Notes under the pieces: generated by a model | The model's input: the letters and a program-made list of their open reading frames with translations, nothing else | What the model was told of the DNA's origin: nothing | The model's database searches: none | Position numbers and translations under genes: made by a program | NCBI GenBank assembly: GCA_020049775.1 | Contig: JAGVLO010000014.1 | Coordinates: 65,945 to 129,944 of the forward strand | Direction of reading: 5' to 3' | From: Alphaproteobacteria bacterium | GTDB lineage: Bacteria; Pseudomonadota; Alphaproteobacteria; Rickettsiales; SXRF01 | DNA: 64,000 nt | Shown: piece after piece, positions 27,342 through 36,424 of the stretch | Layout: each line of letters begins with the position of its first letter | Position numbering within the stretch: the first letter of the stretch is position 1

Positions 27342-30300
27342 TCAAAATCTTCCGGTATAGGTATCATTATCTCTTTCTTTCATGCGTTCGATGAAGCGCT
27401 CCAGCCCCACCGGCATCGGCTCATCCGGCGCCACCACTTTCCACGCGTCCAGAAAATGCGTGTAGGCGTCAAGGCGCTTCTGCCGCACACGTTCCTTGGT
27501 CAAGCCCTCTGCTTTCTTGCTGATGACCGGTATAAGCTCATGCAGCATAGGTGCGCGCCCATCCATAAAACCTTCAAAAATGGCAGTGAGAAGTTTCATT
27601 TCCGTATCCGGCAACATATCCAGCGCCATACGCACTTTGGAAAGCGTGTCGGTAACCTCTTCCGGATCATCACGGTCTAGGCGGCGCTCATGGTTGTAAC
27701 GTTGTAGTGAAACCGTATCAATGTTACTGCTGACGTTATCGCCTTCTTCATCATGCGCCTGTGTTGTATCGCTGATAACGGCATGGCCATCAATCGTGCC
27801 TTCTTCTTTTGCTGCATTGTACAAATGCGTGGCTCGCCATTTCGCCATATTGATGGCAAAAGTGCTATAGCGTGCGCCTGCCGGATTCCATCTCGGAAAA
27901 GTATCCAGCACGCCGCCAACAAAGACCTTGTCATCGTCAGAGCTTTCAGCACCTATCCACAGGTCTGTCATCATCAGTTCCTGGTTATTTGCATATTTTG
28001 GCAGGTCTTTGAGTTTTCCAATAGCTGCCTGTGCTATACCCCCGCTATTGGTAGCGATAACGGCTGCCAGTATCATACTTCCCTCCGGATCAGCCAATAA
28101 CAACTTCTTCTGCTGACGCGCTTCTTCTGCAGTTTCTGCAAGTTTGGGTATGCCAATCCTCTCCTTACACGCCCATGAACGCTGGAAGAGCAGCTTGTTT
28201 ACCGCATCAAAAATATTGCCACGCCATTCACCGTTCTTAATATCTTTCTTCGGTGGCGTGGCAACAACGATATGCTTGGCAACAATGCGGAAGGCATGAT
28301 CGATAATCATTGCACCCACATCGCTAGTGCCTAGCTGGCCCGTCAGGAGCGCACGCGCTGTCTTTAATGAATTTTGCGCACTGGTGGGAACTCGCTGTGC
28401 AAATTCGTCAAAGAGCTTCAGGTAAGGTTCACTGTCGCGTGTCAGCGTTTCCCATTCCTGCTTTTGTTTTACCACTTCACCAAGAATTCCACCAATTACT
28501 TCATTACGGTATTGCTTAATATGTTTACCAAAATTCTGTTTGGTATGGCCGCGTTCGGGATTAAAAATGAAATCCATAACTTCAGCTTCAGTCTTGTTAA
28601 GCTGCAGCTTTTCAGCCATTACCGAAAATATTGGAATCAAGCGTTTGTCTTTAAGTAAGGCATCGGTATCCGTTGCTACCGCCTCCGGCAACTGATGTTC
28701 CTTCACCAGATAATCCGGCGTGATATCTGCGAGTATAAACAAATGTTTTAAGCCCTCGCTGCGCTCCATTTGCTGGGTTTCAACCATTTCCATAATACGC
28801 GCTGCATCAGGAATGTAGAGTTTTTGCAATTTTTTCATTCCGGCGGAGTCTTTCGCTAAACCAAACAGCCCACCCAGTTTGTCCAACGCGGCCTTCGGGA
28901 AGGACAACGTCGGCTCATCACCCTTGCAATAGCCTGATAATTGCTGTGCTGGCAGGCCGATAGCTTCCGCCGTTTTTTCCAGCGGCATCGCTGTTTGCTG
29001 GCACATGCGCCGGAGCGCATCCTGAACGCTACAGCGGTGGCTCTCTGCATCCGCCATGATAACGTCTATGGGATCAAGCGTCTGCCCGCTTGCCATGATA
29101 GCGAAGCGACGGCGCTCATCGCCGGTAAAACCGATAAATTCAGCAAAGCGCCCGACATTTTCCATGTCTGCTACAGGCCTTGGCCTCAAAATATCCTCAA
29201 AGCGCTCTATGATTCCTTTGCTCAAGCCAAATGTGCTTTGTACATCCTCACGCCTCAGGTGACGCCGCTTGCGTATTTCAGAACTGATGCTGCCAACCCA
29301 TAATTCCCCCTTTTCTGCCAAATTCAACAGTTGGGCGGGAGAACGCGTCTGTGTAAGTACATCTACCGCCATAAGGGTAGTATCTTTGTCCCCGCCGCCT
29401 GCTTCATTTACCAACATGATGGCTTCGTCCTCCGAACACAAACGAGGCACACTCTTTCTAAGGCCATATTTCATATGACTTAATACCACTGGTGTAACAC
29501 CTATGGTTTGGGCGATATCTGCGTTGGTCTGACTTTTCATTCTGGCAGTCAATTGTTGCACCATATGTCCGGGAGGATCTTCGCTTTCGAGGGCTTCCAG
29601 CACAATATCCCCCAGAGTTTTGGAGAATGTCCGGCCTGTCATCACATCCACGACAGATTTTTTCAATGCCTCCACCTCTTCAGGTGGGGGCGGCATTTCA
29701 TCCCAAATTACATGGGCCAACGCAATATCAGCCAGCCTACGCGCCTGTACCACTTCCTGAATTTTCTTAGGATGATCTTCATCCACCCACTCGAGAAAAT
29801 TGCCTGTTTTTCTGCCAATCATTTCCAGTAACCGATTAGCACTGATACCTGTGGCTCCTATCAGATTCTTTATCAAAGTTCCGCTGTTACCCACGGTAAC
29901 ATGATTTTTAATTTCATCGGCGGTAATGCGGTTTCCATGCGCAAGTTTCCACAGCTTGAGTTCCTGATCCTGATTAATAAACGTACCGCTGATAACTTTT
30001 CGCATCAGTAGATCATGCGGTTTCTGCTCTCCATTCGCCCATGCATAAAATGAATATTTTGATATATGATTATCATCACCCTCCTTACTACCATTGTTCT
30101 CATTGATAAAATTCAGGTAGTTGGCATTAACCGCCCAGGAGTCCAGTATATGATTTATAAATATTGAGAAGGCGTTTTTATGCGCTTCAGGTTCCGCTGC
30201 CGCCTGTAGTTTTTCAAACTCTTCCTCAAGGATCAATTGAAAGCGCCCCGCAGCATCTTTGGCAGAAGAAGGTTGCTTTTCCAGATCTTTGCCTGTCAAA

Positions 30301-31082
30301 AGACTGATAATATCTCTTTGTATTGAAGATAACTGCCAAGACTTCAGTTCTCCACCTGCCTCATCCAGACATTGGGTCATGAATTTTGCAAATTTACCCG
30401 CCAGCTCGACATCACTGCTGATTTTTGGTGACTGCAGATCCGCCCAGCTGCTGATGGTATTGTAAGGAGCGCCAAGTATTTCCCCGAGCCGTTCGTATGT
30501 AAAACCTGATGCCTGTATAAGCATAAAAGCGGCAGCACCACTATGCCCCCGCCTTACCGATTGCATCACCTGAAGAAGCGTCAGGGGTTTGCCCTGAAGC
30601 ATCTTCCACATTTTTTGTTCCTGTTTGGGTGACAAGTCAAATGCATAGGACAGCATGGACATCTGTGTTCCGTCCGGCGCCGATTTATTGTCGAGCCAGC
30701 GTTTCAGTACTGAAACAGGGGGTACCGGCATACGTGTGGGCAATTCATTATCCGGTACCGGAGATGCCATATGCATCTCCTTCAAATAACGTTGTGCCGC
30801 ATATGGCAAATTTCCAGGCAGGAAATCCTTACGCGCCATTTCACGTCGCAGCCGGGTATCAATATTTCGTATTACGGTCTGGCGGAATTGTTCTGGCGTT
30901 ATGTCCCACTCTTGCTCCAGAAGCTGGTGAAGAAATGGGATAAAACGTTGATTGCTACTGAACCCTTTTTCAACCAGATCAGCAAAACTTTCGCGTTCTT
31001 CGCGACCAGCAGGATTATGGGCATGGTGCCTGCTACCATGTCCTGTGGAAACGCCAGCCGTTTTCTTTTCCTTTTGGCTCAT
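27342..31082 (-). CDS. 1246-aa protein: five tandem XRE/Cro-type HTH modules followed by a C-terminal sigma-70-family module (regions 2 and 4)
   Basis: The C-terminal ~250 aa carry FPRWNPAGARYSTFAINMAKWRATHL (compare sigma region 2 FDPxxGxxFSTYAxxWIRxxI). They also carry LPDTEMKLLTAIFEGF...LHELIPVISKKAEGLTKERVRQKRLDAYTHF (region 4 HTH ..ERVRQ..). Upstream there are at least five units of the pattern [S/T]xxxLxxxxGxxxxxxSxW/Y...P....L.K.A...G, for example GFTYERLGEILGAPYNTISSWADLQSPKISSDVELAGKFAKFM and MPLEKTAEAIGLPAQQLSGYCKGDEPTLSFPKAALDKLGGLFGL. Confidence 0.6.
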   Translation of the reverse strand: MSQKEKKTAGVSTGHGSRHHAHNPAGREERESFADLVEKGFSSNQRFIPFLHQLLEQEWDITPEQFRQTVIRNIDTRLRREMARKDFLPGNLPYAAQRYLKEMHMASPVPDNELPTRMPVPPVSVLKRWLDNKSAPDGTQMSMLSYAFDLSPKQEQKMWKMLQGKPLTLLQVMQSVRRGHSGAAAFMLIQASGFTYERLGEILGAPYNTISSWADLQSPKISSDVELAGKFAKFMTQCLDEAGGELKSWQLSSIQRDIISLLTGKDLEKQPSSAKDAAGRFQLILEEEFEKLQAAAEPEAHKNAFSIFINHILDSWAVNANYLNFINENNGSKEGDDNHISKYSFYAWANGEQKPHDLLMRKVISGTFINQDQELKLWKLAHGNRITADEIKNHVTVGNSGTLIKNLIGATGISANRLLEMIGRKTGNFLEWVDEDHPKKIQEVVQARRLADIALAHVIWDEMPPPPEEVEALKKSVVDVMTGRTFSKTLGDIVLEALESEDPPGHMVQQLTARMKSQTNADIAQTIGVTPVVLSHMKYGLRKSVPRLCSEDEAIMLVNEAGGGDKDTTLMAVDVLTQTRSPAQLLNLAEKGELWVGSISSEIRKRRHLRREDVQSTFGLSKGIIERFEDILRPRPVADMENVGRFAEFIGFTGDERRRFAIMASGQTLDPIDVIMADAESHRCSVQDALRRMCQQTAMPLEKTAEAIGLPAQQLSGYCKGDEPTLSFPKAALDKLGGLFGLAKDSAGMKKLQKLYIPDAARIMEMVETQQMERSEGLKHLFILADITPDYLVKEHQLPEAVATDTDALLKDKRLIPIFSVMAEKLQLNKTEAEVMDFIFNPERGHTKQNFGKHIKQYRNEVIGGILGEVVKQKQEWETLTRDSEPYLKLFDEFAQRVPTSAQNSLKTARALLTGQLGTSDVGAMIIDHAFRIVAKHIVVATPPKKDIKNGEWRGNIFDAVNKLLFQRSWACKERIGIPKLAETAEEARQQKKLLLADPEGSMILAAVIATNSGGIAQAAIGKLKDLPKYANNQELMMTDLWIGAESSDDDKVFVGGVLDTFPRWNPAGARYSTFAINMAKWRATHLYNAAKEEGTIDGHAVISDTTQAHDEEGDNVSSNIDTVSLQRYNHERRLDRDDPEEVTDTLSKVRMALDMLPDTEMKLLTAIFEGFMDGRAPMLHELIPVISKKAEGLTKERVRQKRLDAYTHFLDAWKVVAPDEPMPVGLERFIERMKERDNDTYTGRF

Positions 31083-31274
31083 GCTTCAACACGCCTGATA
31101 AAATATAACCATGCGACTTGTTTCAGCGGTAGCGCACCCTTACGCCTTGTTACCGCTCCCTGTTTTTCATTTTTTACGGGTGTAGGTATTGTATATAGTT
31201 AAGTTATTTTAACAAACAAATGTTGAGGAATTCTTTCCAGTTGATTTATAATGATTTTATTCGTTTCTGGAGAG

Positions 31275-31293
31275 AATTTTGGCGGCGCCAGGA
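31275..31293. repeat. Degenerate direct repeat of the tRNA-Gln 3' end (putative distal att site of the island)
   Basis: AATTTTGGC---GGCGCCAGG at 31275-31293 matches AATTTTGGCTGGGGCGCCAGG at 45784-45804 (tRNA 3' end plus 6 flanking nt). That is two exact 9-mers separated by a 3-nt deletion. It lies in the intergenic region between the sigma-like gene and the phosphoesterase-STAND gene. Confidence 0.6.
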
Positions 31294-31351
31294 TTCACAA
31301 TAAACAACTAAGCAGCTATTTTATAATGGCCAAATTAAAAGTGAACCTTAA

Positions 31352-31373
31352 CTTCACCCGCAATTTCACCCAC
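31352..31373. promoter_or_regulatory. Two copies of the TTCACCC(A/G)C motif near the left island end (putative integrase arm-type sites)
   Basis: cTTCACCCGC at 31352-31361 and tTTCACCCAC at 31364-31373. The motif and orientation are the same as in the cluster next to the integrase gene. Confidence 0.45.
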
Positions 31374-31470
31374 AAATTGTGTCGCTTGCCAGGAAGGAAC
31401 TCGTGGTTAACAATTACCTACCAGGAAAATTAGAATTCTTGGGTTGGTTCAAGCAAGTTAGAATCCCAGA

Positions 31471-34400
31471 TTATGCCACCTCTTCTGTATTTTTATTTGC
31501 TTGTTGCCGTTTGGGCGCTTGCGATAGAAGCTTAGTTTGCTGTTCGACAGTAATCCCTAGTTTTTGGCAGATTTGCTGTTTAAGGGCATAGTCCGTAGTG
31601 AAAAGATAAAAGTGCTGCCATACAATTCTACGTACGACTGCTAAAGCAAAATTGTTTTTCGCAAACTCTTTGATCAATGCTTCAATTTTTACTTTGGGAA
31701 AGTCTTTATAGTGATCAAGTTTTACCGCCATATCAATCACTTGAACGGTGGCATTATCATTGCCTTTTGCAACCTCATTAAGCGTTTGCTCAGCCTTTTC
31801 TGTTCCTACAGAATCGGAGACATGTTTAATCACACCGCATGTTACAGCTTGTAGTATATTGTAAATAAATCTGTTTATTGAGGTCTGAATTTTAGCTTCA
31901 TCAACTTTCTTACCTCGTGACTTTATGTATTCACTAAGGCCTTCGACCCATTGCGGCATCGATTTTTCGGCATTATCAAAAATATCTCCTAAGACACGCA
32001 ATCCCAGACCATAGCATTCCTCAACTAGCTGACGTTTGGGATCGCCACGCAATGAACCAGTAAAGTTTCTTAGAACCTGCCCCAAAATCTGAATAGTCTT
32101 AAATGCCGCATTATGTGCGAGCTGTGGAGTTAACTCGTCCGCACACTCTGATGCCGCGCACATGTGAGCAATACTACCTGTGTGTCTACCATTCTGCTCA
32201 TCACGAGACTCAAGTGCTTTATTTTGGTTTTCACGAGGATCGCGTGCAGCCAACATAATTTTAGGGAGATCGACATTCAGCTTATTGAAAAATTCAGAAT
32301 TTTTGGAAACATCGAATCTTGCTGTTTCAGTAAACAGATTTCTTGCTGCTGCTAACATCGCATTGAGCACTCGATCATCCTTTGAAAGGTGACAGAGAAA
32401 AATCATGATATTTGCCGATTCTTCATGATAAAGACGTCGGCTCAAATCATCAATGCGAGATTGAATTGTATCTTCATTGATATGATCTCGGAAATATCGA
32501 CCAACGAAGAAATAATACAGATACTTATAGCGGAACTTATATTCGCCATGCCTATTGTCCATTACTTCTGCTTCTACCAGTTCACCTAATAGGTCATCGA
32601 AGTCGAATGTTAGGCGGTATTCTGCCGTATATTTTTTATGCCAATCGCGCATCTCCTCTAAAGTTAATGAATGACGTTGATTGTTATACAAATAGTACGA
32701 AAATTCCGTAAGATAGTTATATTTAGCGTCAATATCAATTTTGGGATTTCTTTTGCGAGCAAGACTAGCAGTAACTAGAACTTCATATAAATACCCAAAT
32801 GAGCCTGATTGAGTGGTCAGCTTCGATGCAATCTCAAGTTGCTGCAATAATATAAGGACATAAGTCGGAAAAGAAGGAATAAAGTCGATACTGATAACTG
32901 TAGAAATCTGATCCTCTGCTCGCTTAATGGCACGCTGAGTTTCAATCTCGTTATCAGTATAGTTTTTTCCTAAACGACACCATTTTTCAACAAGCCTATG
33001 CCGTAAGACATAGCCAAATTGGAGAATCGAACATTGCTTAAAGTCCAATAAATGGGATTTTTCCTCGTCTCCTGCCATTGACAGTTCTTCCAGACGCAGC
33101 TCCTCTCCACCCAAGAAGACAACATGACCGAATAAATCTTTAAGCACACCAGCGATTACGCTACGTCCGCTTCGGTTAAATGGTGTTTTATGAAAATCAT
33201 CTACAATTACAACTCTACGATCTTTATCAAGCTGCCAATATTTATCCACACGACCTGATCCGTACTGCGTCTCTACTTGTTCAGTTGCACGTTTGCGTAT
33301 TTTATCAATATCTGGTTGCTTATGAAATTGCTCTCCATTGAGCAGAACTGGCACTTTACCATTACGCTGAAGATCTTTTACAAGCGTTTTAGCCAATGAA
33401 GTCTTGCCTGCTTTTTCCTCGCCAAGAAACAGTACATAAGTATTATTCAGAATATGCGTTAAAAGATTGCTTCCGCGAACTAGTACACCTTCTGAGCCTT
33501 CCTGAGTGAGGCTTATTTCACGTACGTCAGGATAGATAAAAATATCATTGAGAGTTACGGGGTCTTTGTGAGGATGGGTGTAACCAGCACCAGCATCTTC
33601 AAGTACATTATAAAAGCTATCGGTAAAATCAAACTGCTTGCGTACTAATCGCTTATTCCGCTCGAAAGGACGCCAGAGCGCCTCTCCTTCAGGTGCATAC
33701 CCATCTCCTACCAGCTCAAAACGATGGGTTTGCTGCTCACCTTTGGCTGTATCAAAAATAACAACATTAAAGGTGCTATTATCAGCAGAATGACTATCTT
33801 GTAGTACACCACCTTCAAGATATTCGTTTTGTTCTCCTTGATCGGTACATTTCTGATAAGCTCCTGGCACATGTTCATGTCCAGTTAATATGAGATCGGT
33901 ATTATCTTCTAATATCTGCCTAAGCTGACGAGCATTTTCGGCAGAATACCAATTAAAGGGATGGTGAAGGACAGCAACAGCAAGGTCAGCCTGTCCAGCG
34001 TTTGTGATTTTATCTTTTAGTATATCTACTGGATAATAGAGATTGCCTTGCTTTTCTTCTTTTTGAGATCCCCATGCAGAATTTACAAGGTGAAACACTA
34101 CTCTTTTGCTAGCAACCGGAAGTTCCACACGGCGATATAGTTTATCGTAACTCGTTGTAAGGGCATTATTTGTAGGAATATGTTTGTTTGCAAACTCAAA
34201 ATAATGATTTTGAGCGTCAGTGCATGCATTAAAAACTGCCTCATCCAATTGCCCCGGCTTTACACTGTCGATTAAAATATTCCTAACTGAGGTGTTTTGT
34301 CCAAAGTGGCAATCATGGTTGCCCGGAATGGTTAAAACTGAAAAATTGGTAGGATTAAAAGTATCCTTAAGGACAGATTTAATATCTTGGATAAGCTCTT

Positions 34401-34590
34401 CAGCAAAAGCATATTCGCCAGGACTGCCAGAGAACGCTATATCACCTGAAATGACAAGCACTCCATGAGAAACTCCCATACAAACAGAGGCTACTGCACG
34501 TCCTATAGCAGCACCGTGCTGAAGGATTGGGTTAGCTTCGCGTGCTGCTTTAAGGTGTATATCGCTTAATTGGACGAGAGCAATTTGCAT
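31471..34590 (-). CDS. Calcineurin-like metallophosphoesterase domain fused to a STAND/NACHT-like P-loop NTPase and a ~570-aa helical C-terminal region (1039 aa)
   Basis: All five phosphoesterase motifs are present: D10-I-H12, G49-D50, G90-N-H-D93, H209-H210 and G237-H-E-H240. Walker A is G390-EEKAGKTS (nt 33397-33423) and Walker B is RRVVIVDDF (458-466). After the NTPase comes a FRYKYLYYFFVGRYF-type helical segment. The gene is AT-rich. Confidence 0.65.
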   Translation of the reverse strand: MQIALVQLSDIHLKAAREANPILQHGAAIGRAVASVCMGVSHGVLVISGDIAFSGSPGEYAFAEELIQDIKSVLKDTFNPTNFSVLTIPGNHDCHFGQNTSVRNILIDSVKPGQLDEAVFNACTDAQNHYFEFANKHIPTNNALTTSYDKLYRRVELPVASKRVVFHLVNSAWGSQKEEKQGNLYYPVDILKDKITNAGQADLAVAVLHHPFNWYSAENARQLRQILEDNTDLILTGHEHVPGAYQKCTDQGEQNEYLEGGVLQDSHSADNSTFNVVIFDTAKGEQQTHRFELVGDGYAPEGEALWRPFERNKRLVRKQFDFTDSFYNVLEDAGAGYTHPHKDPVTLNDIFIYPDVREISLTQEGSEGVLVRGSNLLTHILNNTYVLFLGEEKAGKTSLAKTLVKDLQRNGKVPVLLNGEQFHKQPDIDKIRKRATEQVETQYGSGRVDKYWQLDKDRRVVIVDDFHKTPFNRSGRSVIAGVLKDLFGHVVFLGGEELRLEELSMAGDEEKSHLLDFKQCSILQFGYVLRHRLVEKWCRLGKNYTDNEIETQRAIKRAEDQISTVISIDFIPSFPTYVLILLQQLEIASKLTTQSGSFGYLYEVLVTASLARKRNPKIDIDAKYNYLTEFSYYLYNNQRHSLTLEEMRDWHKKYTAEYRLTFDFDDLLGELVEAEVMDNRHGEYKFRYKYLYYFFVGRYFRDHINEDTIQSRIDDLSRRLYHEESANIMIFLCHLSKDDRVLNAMLAAARNLFTETARFDVSKNSEFFNKLNVDLPKIMLAARDPRENQNKALESRDEQNGRHTGSIAHMCAASECADELTPQLAHNAAFKTIQILGQVLRNFTGSLRGDPKRQLVEECYGLGLRVLGDIFDNAEKSMPQWVEGLSEYIKSRGKKVDEAKIQTSINRFIYNILQAVTCGVIKHVSDSVGTEKAEQTLNEVAKGNDNATVQVIDMAVKLDHYKDFPKVKIEALIKEFAKNNFALAVVRRIVWQHFYLFTTDYALKQQICQKLGITVEQQTKLLSQAPKRQQANKNTEEVA

Positions 34591-34786
34591 AAAGAGTCCT
34601 TATTTGTTACCAATTCCTTAATAGCTAGTTTAATACCTTAAAGTAGATTTTCATAAGAGTTTTTGTGAACTTTACCATCTTAATATATTACCTAATTTTT
34701 ACCATTTCACTTTGTTACAGTATGGTTCTGGGTGTCACCTATCAAATAGGGAATACCCTGAAAAGCGCCCCCTACAGCAAACAATT

Positions 34787-36424
34787 CTAGCTCTTTGAAG
34801 CCTTGCTGACTGGTAACAACGGTAACTCAAGCTCCTTCAAGAACTCATTGTGCTTATTGAAAGCCACGCCGATTTTTTGTTCTAGGCCTTGTAGCGTTTC
34901 ATGCACTACTTCCAGCTTAATTTCCTCTTCTGCTTCTGCTGTGCTGATATAGCGTGAGATGTTTAGATTATAGCCGTGTTTTTCGCATATTTCCTCCAGA
35001 GAAACCTTCTTTGAATAACGATCCTCCTCCGTTCGGAATTGATAGGTTTTTACAATCTTTTCGATATGTTCTGGCAGTAGCTGATTTTGCCGTTTGCCTT
35101 TAGCAAAATTGTCTTCACCGCTGGCATTGATGAACAGCACATCATCTGGCTTTTTGCATTTCTTCAGCACAAGAATGCACACGGGAATGCCGGTGGAGTA
35201 GAAGAGATTGGCTGGCAGGCCGATCACGGTATCGATATGACCGTCATCCAGCAGTTTTTGGCGGATACGCTCTTCCGCTCCACCACGGAACAGCACGCCG
35301 TGCGGCAGGATGATAGCCATCGTGCCTTCATGCTTCAGGTAATGAAAGCCATGCAGCAGGAAGGCAAAATCTGCCGCCGATTTAGGCGCTAGGCCATGGC
35401 TCTTAAAGCGAGAATCATCCGCCATTGCCTCAGTGGTTTCCCAGCGATAGCTAAACGGAGGATTGGCTACAATCGCATCAAAAGCTGGCTTCTTCGCTGG
35501 GTTCTGTTCGCGGAGTATGTCCCAGTCATTTTCTAACGTATCACCGTGAAAAATCTCGAATTCAGTATCCTTTACTCCATGCAGCAGCATGTTCATGCGT
35601 GCGAGGTTGTAGGTGGTGATATTTTTTTCCTGCCCATAGATTTTGCCAACAGTACCGCCTTCTTTTTTTATCTGATTACGCACATTGAGCAGCAACGATC
35701 CCGAACCACAGGCAAAATCTAAAACGCTATCCAGATGTTTTTTCTTGCCGAGCTTGGGGTCTTGGCTATCCAGCGTCACGATGGCGGAAAGAATGGTGGA
35801 GATTTGCTGTGGGGTGTAGAACTCGCCAGCCTTTTTGCCCGAACCTGCCGCAAACTGGCCAATCAGATATTCATAGGCATCGCCCAACGCGTCTTGATCC
35901 GTTGAGAATCTGGATAGCCCTTCTGCAATTTTGGTGATAACCGTGCAGAGCTTCGTATTGCGATCCTTGTAGGTCTTTCCCAGTTTATCAGATGCTAGGT
36001 TAATCTCCGAGAACAGCCCCTGAAAAGTGCTGTCGAACGATTCATTTTCAATGAACTTGAAACCCTCCTGAAGGGTATGCAGCAACTCGTCATCCTGCCT
36101 GCGTGCCATTTCTGCGATGTTGCCCCAGAGGTGATCGGGCTTAATGACATAATGCACCCGACGGCGCAGGAGGTCTTCAAACGCCTTTACGTCGTCAGGG
36201 TTTTCTTCATACCAGCGTTGCAGCGGGGTGGTATGACCATTAGGTGCAGGATATTCTTTTCCCAACTCTTTTTTTGCAGCTGCTTCGTAATTGTCCGAAA
36301 GATAGCGCAGGAAAAGGAATGAAAGCATATAATCGCGGAAATCATCCGCGTTCATTGCGCCGCGCAGCTGATCCGCGATTGCCCAGAGGATTTTCCCCAA
36401 TTCCTTTTGTTGTTCTTCGGTCAT
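34787..36424 (-). CDS. hsdM: Type I restriction-modification system, DNA methyltransferase subunit M
   Basis: N-terminal HsdM domain LWAIADQLRG...DFRDYMLSFLFLRYLS, AdoMet motif DFACGSGSLLL, and catalytic IVANPPFS. Its ATG overlaps the stop of the upstream gene (ATGA). Confidence 0.93.
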   Translation of the reverse strand: MTEEQQKELGKILWAIADQLRGAMNADDFRDYMLSFLFLRYLSDNYEAAAKKELGKEYPAPNGHTTPLQRWYEENPDDVKAFEDLLRRRVHYVIKPDHLWGNIAEMARRQDDELLHTLQEGFKFIENESFDSTFQGLFSEINLASDKLGKTYKDRNTKLCTVITKIAEGLSRFSTDQDALGDAYEYLIGQFAAGSGKKAGEFYTPQQISTILSAIVTLDSQDPKLGKKKHLDSVLDFACGSGSLLLNVRNQIKKEGGTVGKIYGQEKNITTYNLARMNMLLHGVKDTEFEIFHGDTLENDWDILREQNPAKKPAFDAIVANPPFSYRWETTEAMADDSRFKSHGLAPKSAADFAFLLHGFHYLKHEGTMAIILPHGVLFRGGAEERIRQKLLDDGHIDTVIGLPANLFYSTGIPVCILVLKKCKKPDDVLFINASGEDNFAKGKRQNQLLPEHIEKIVKTYQFRTEEDRYSKKVSLEEICEKHGYNLNISRYISTAEAEEEIKLEVVHETLQGLEQKIGVAFNKHNEFLKELELPLLPVSKASKS

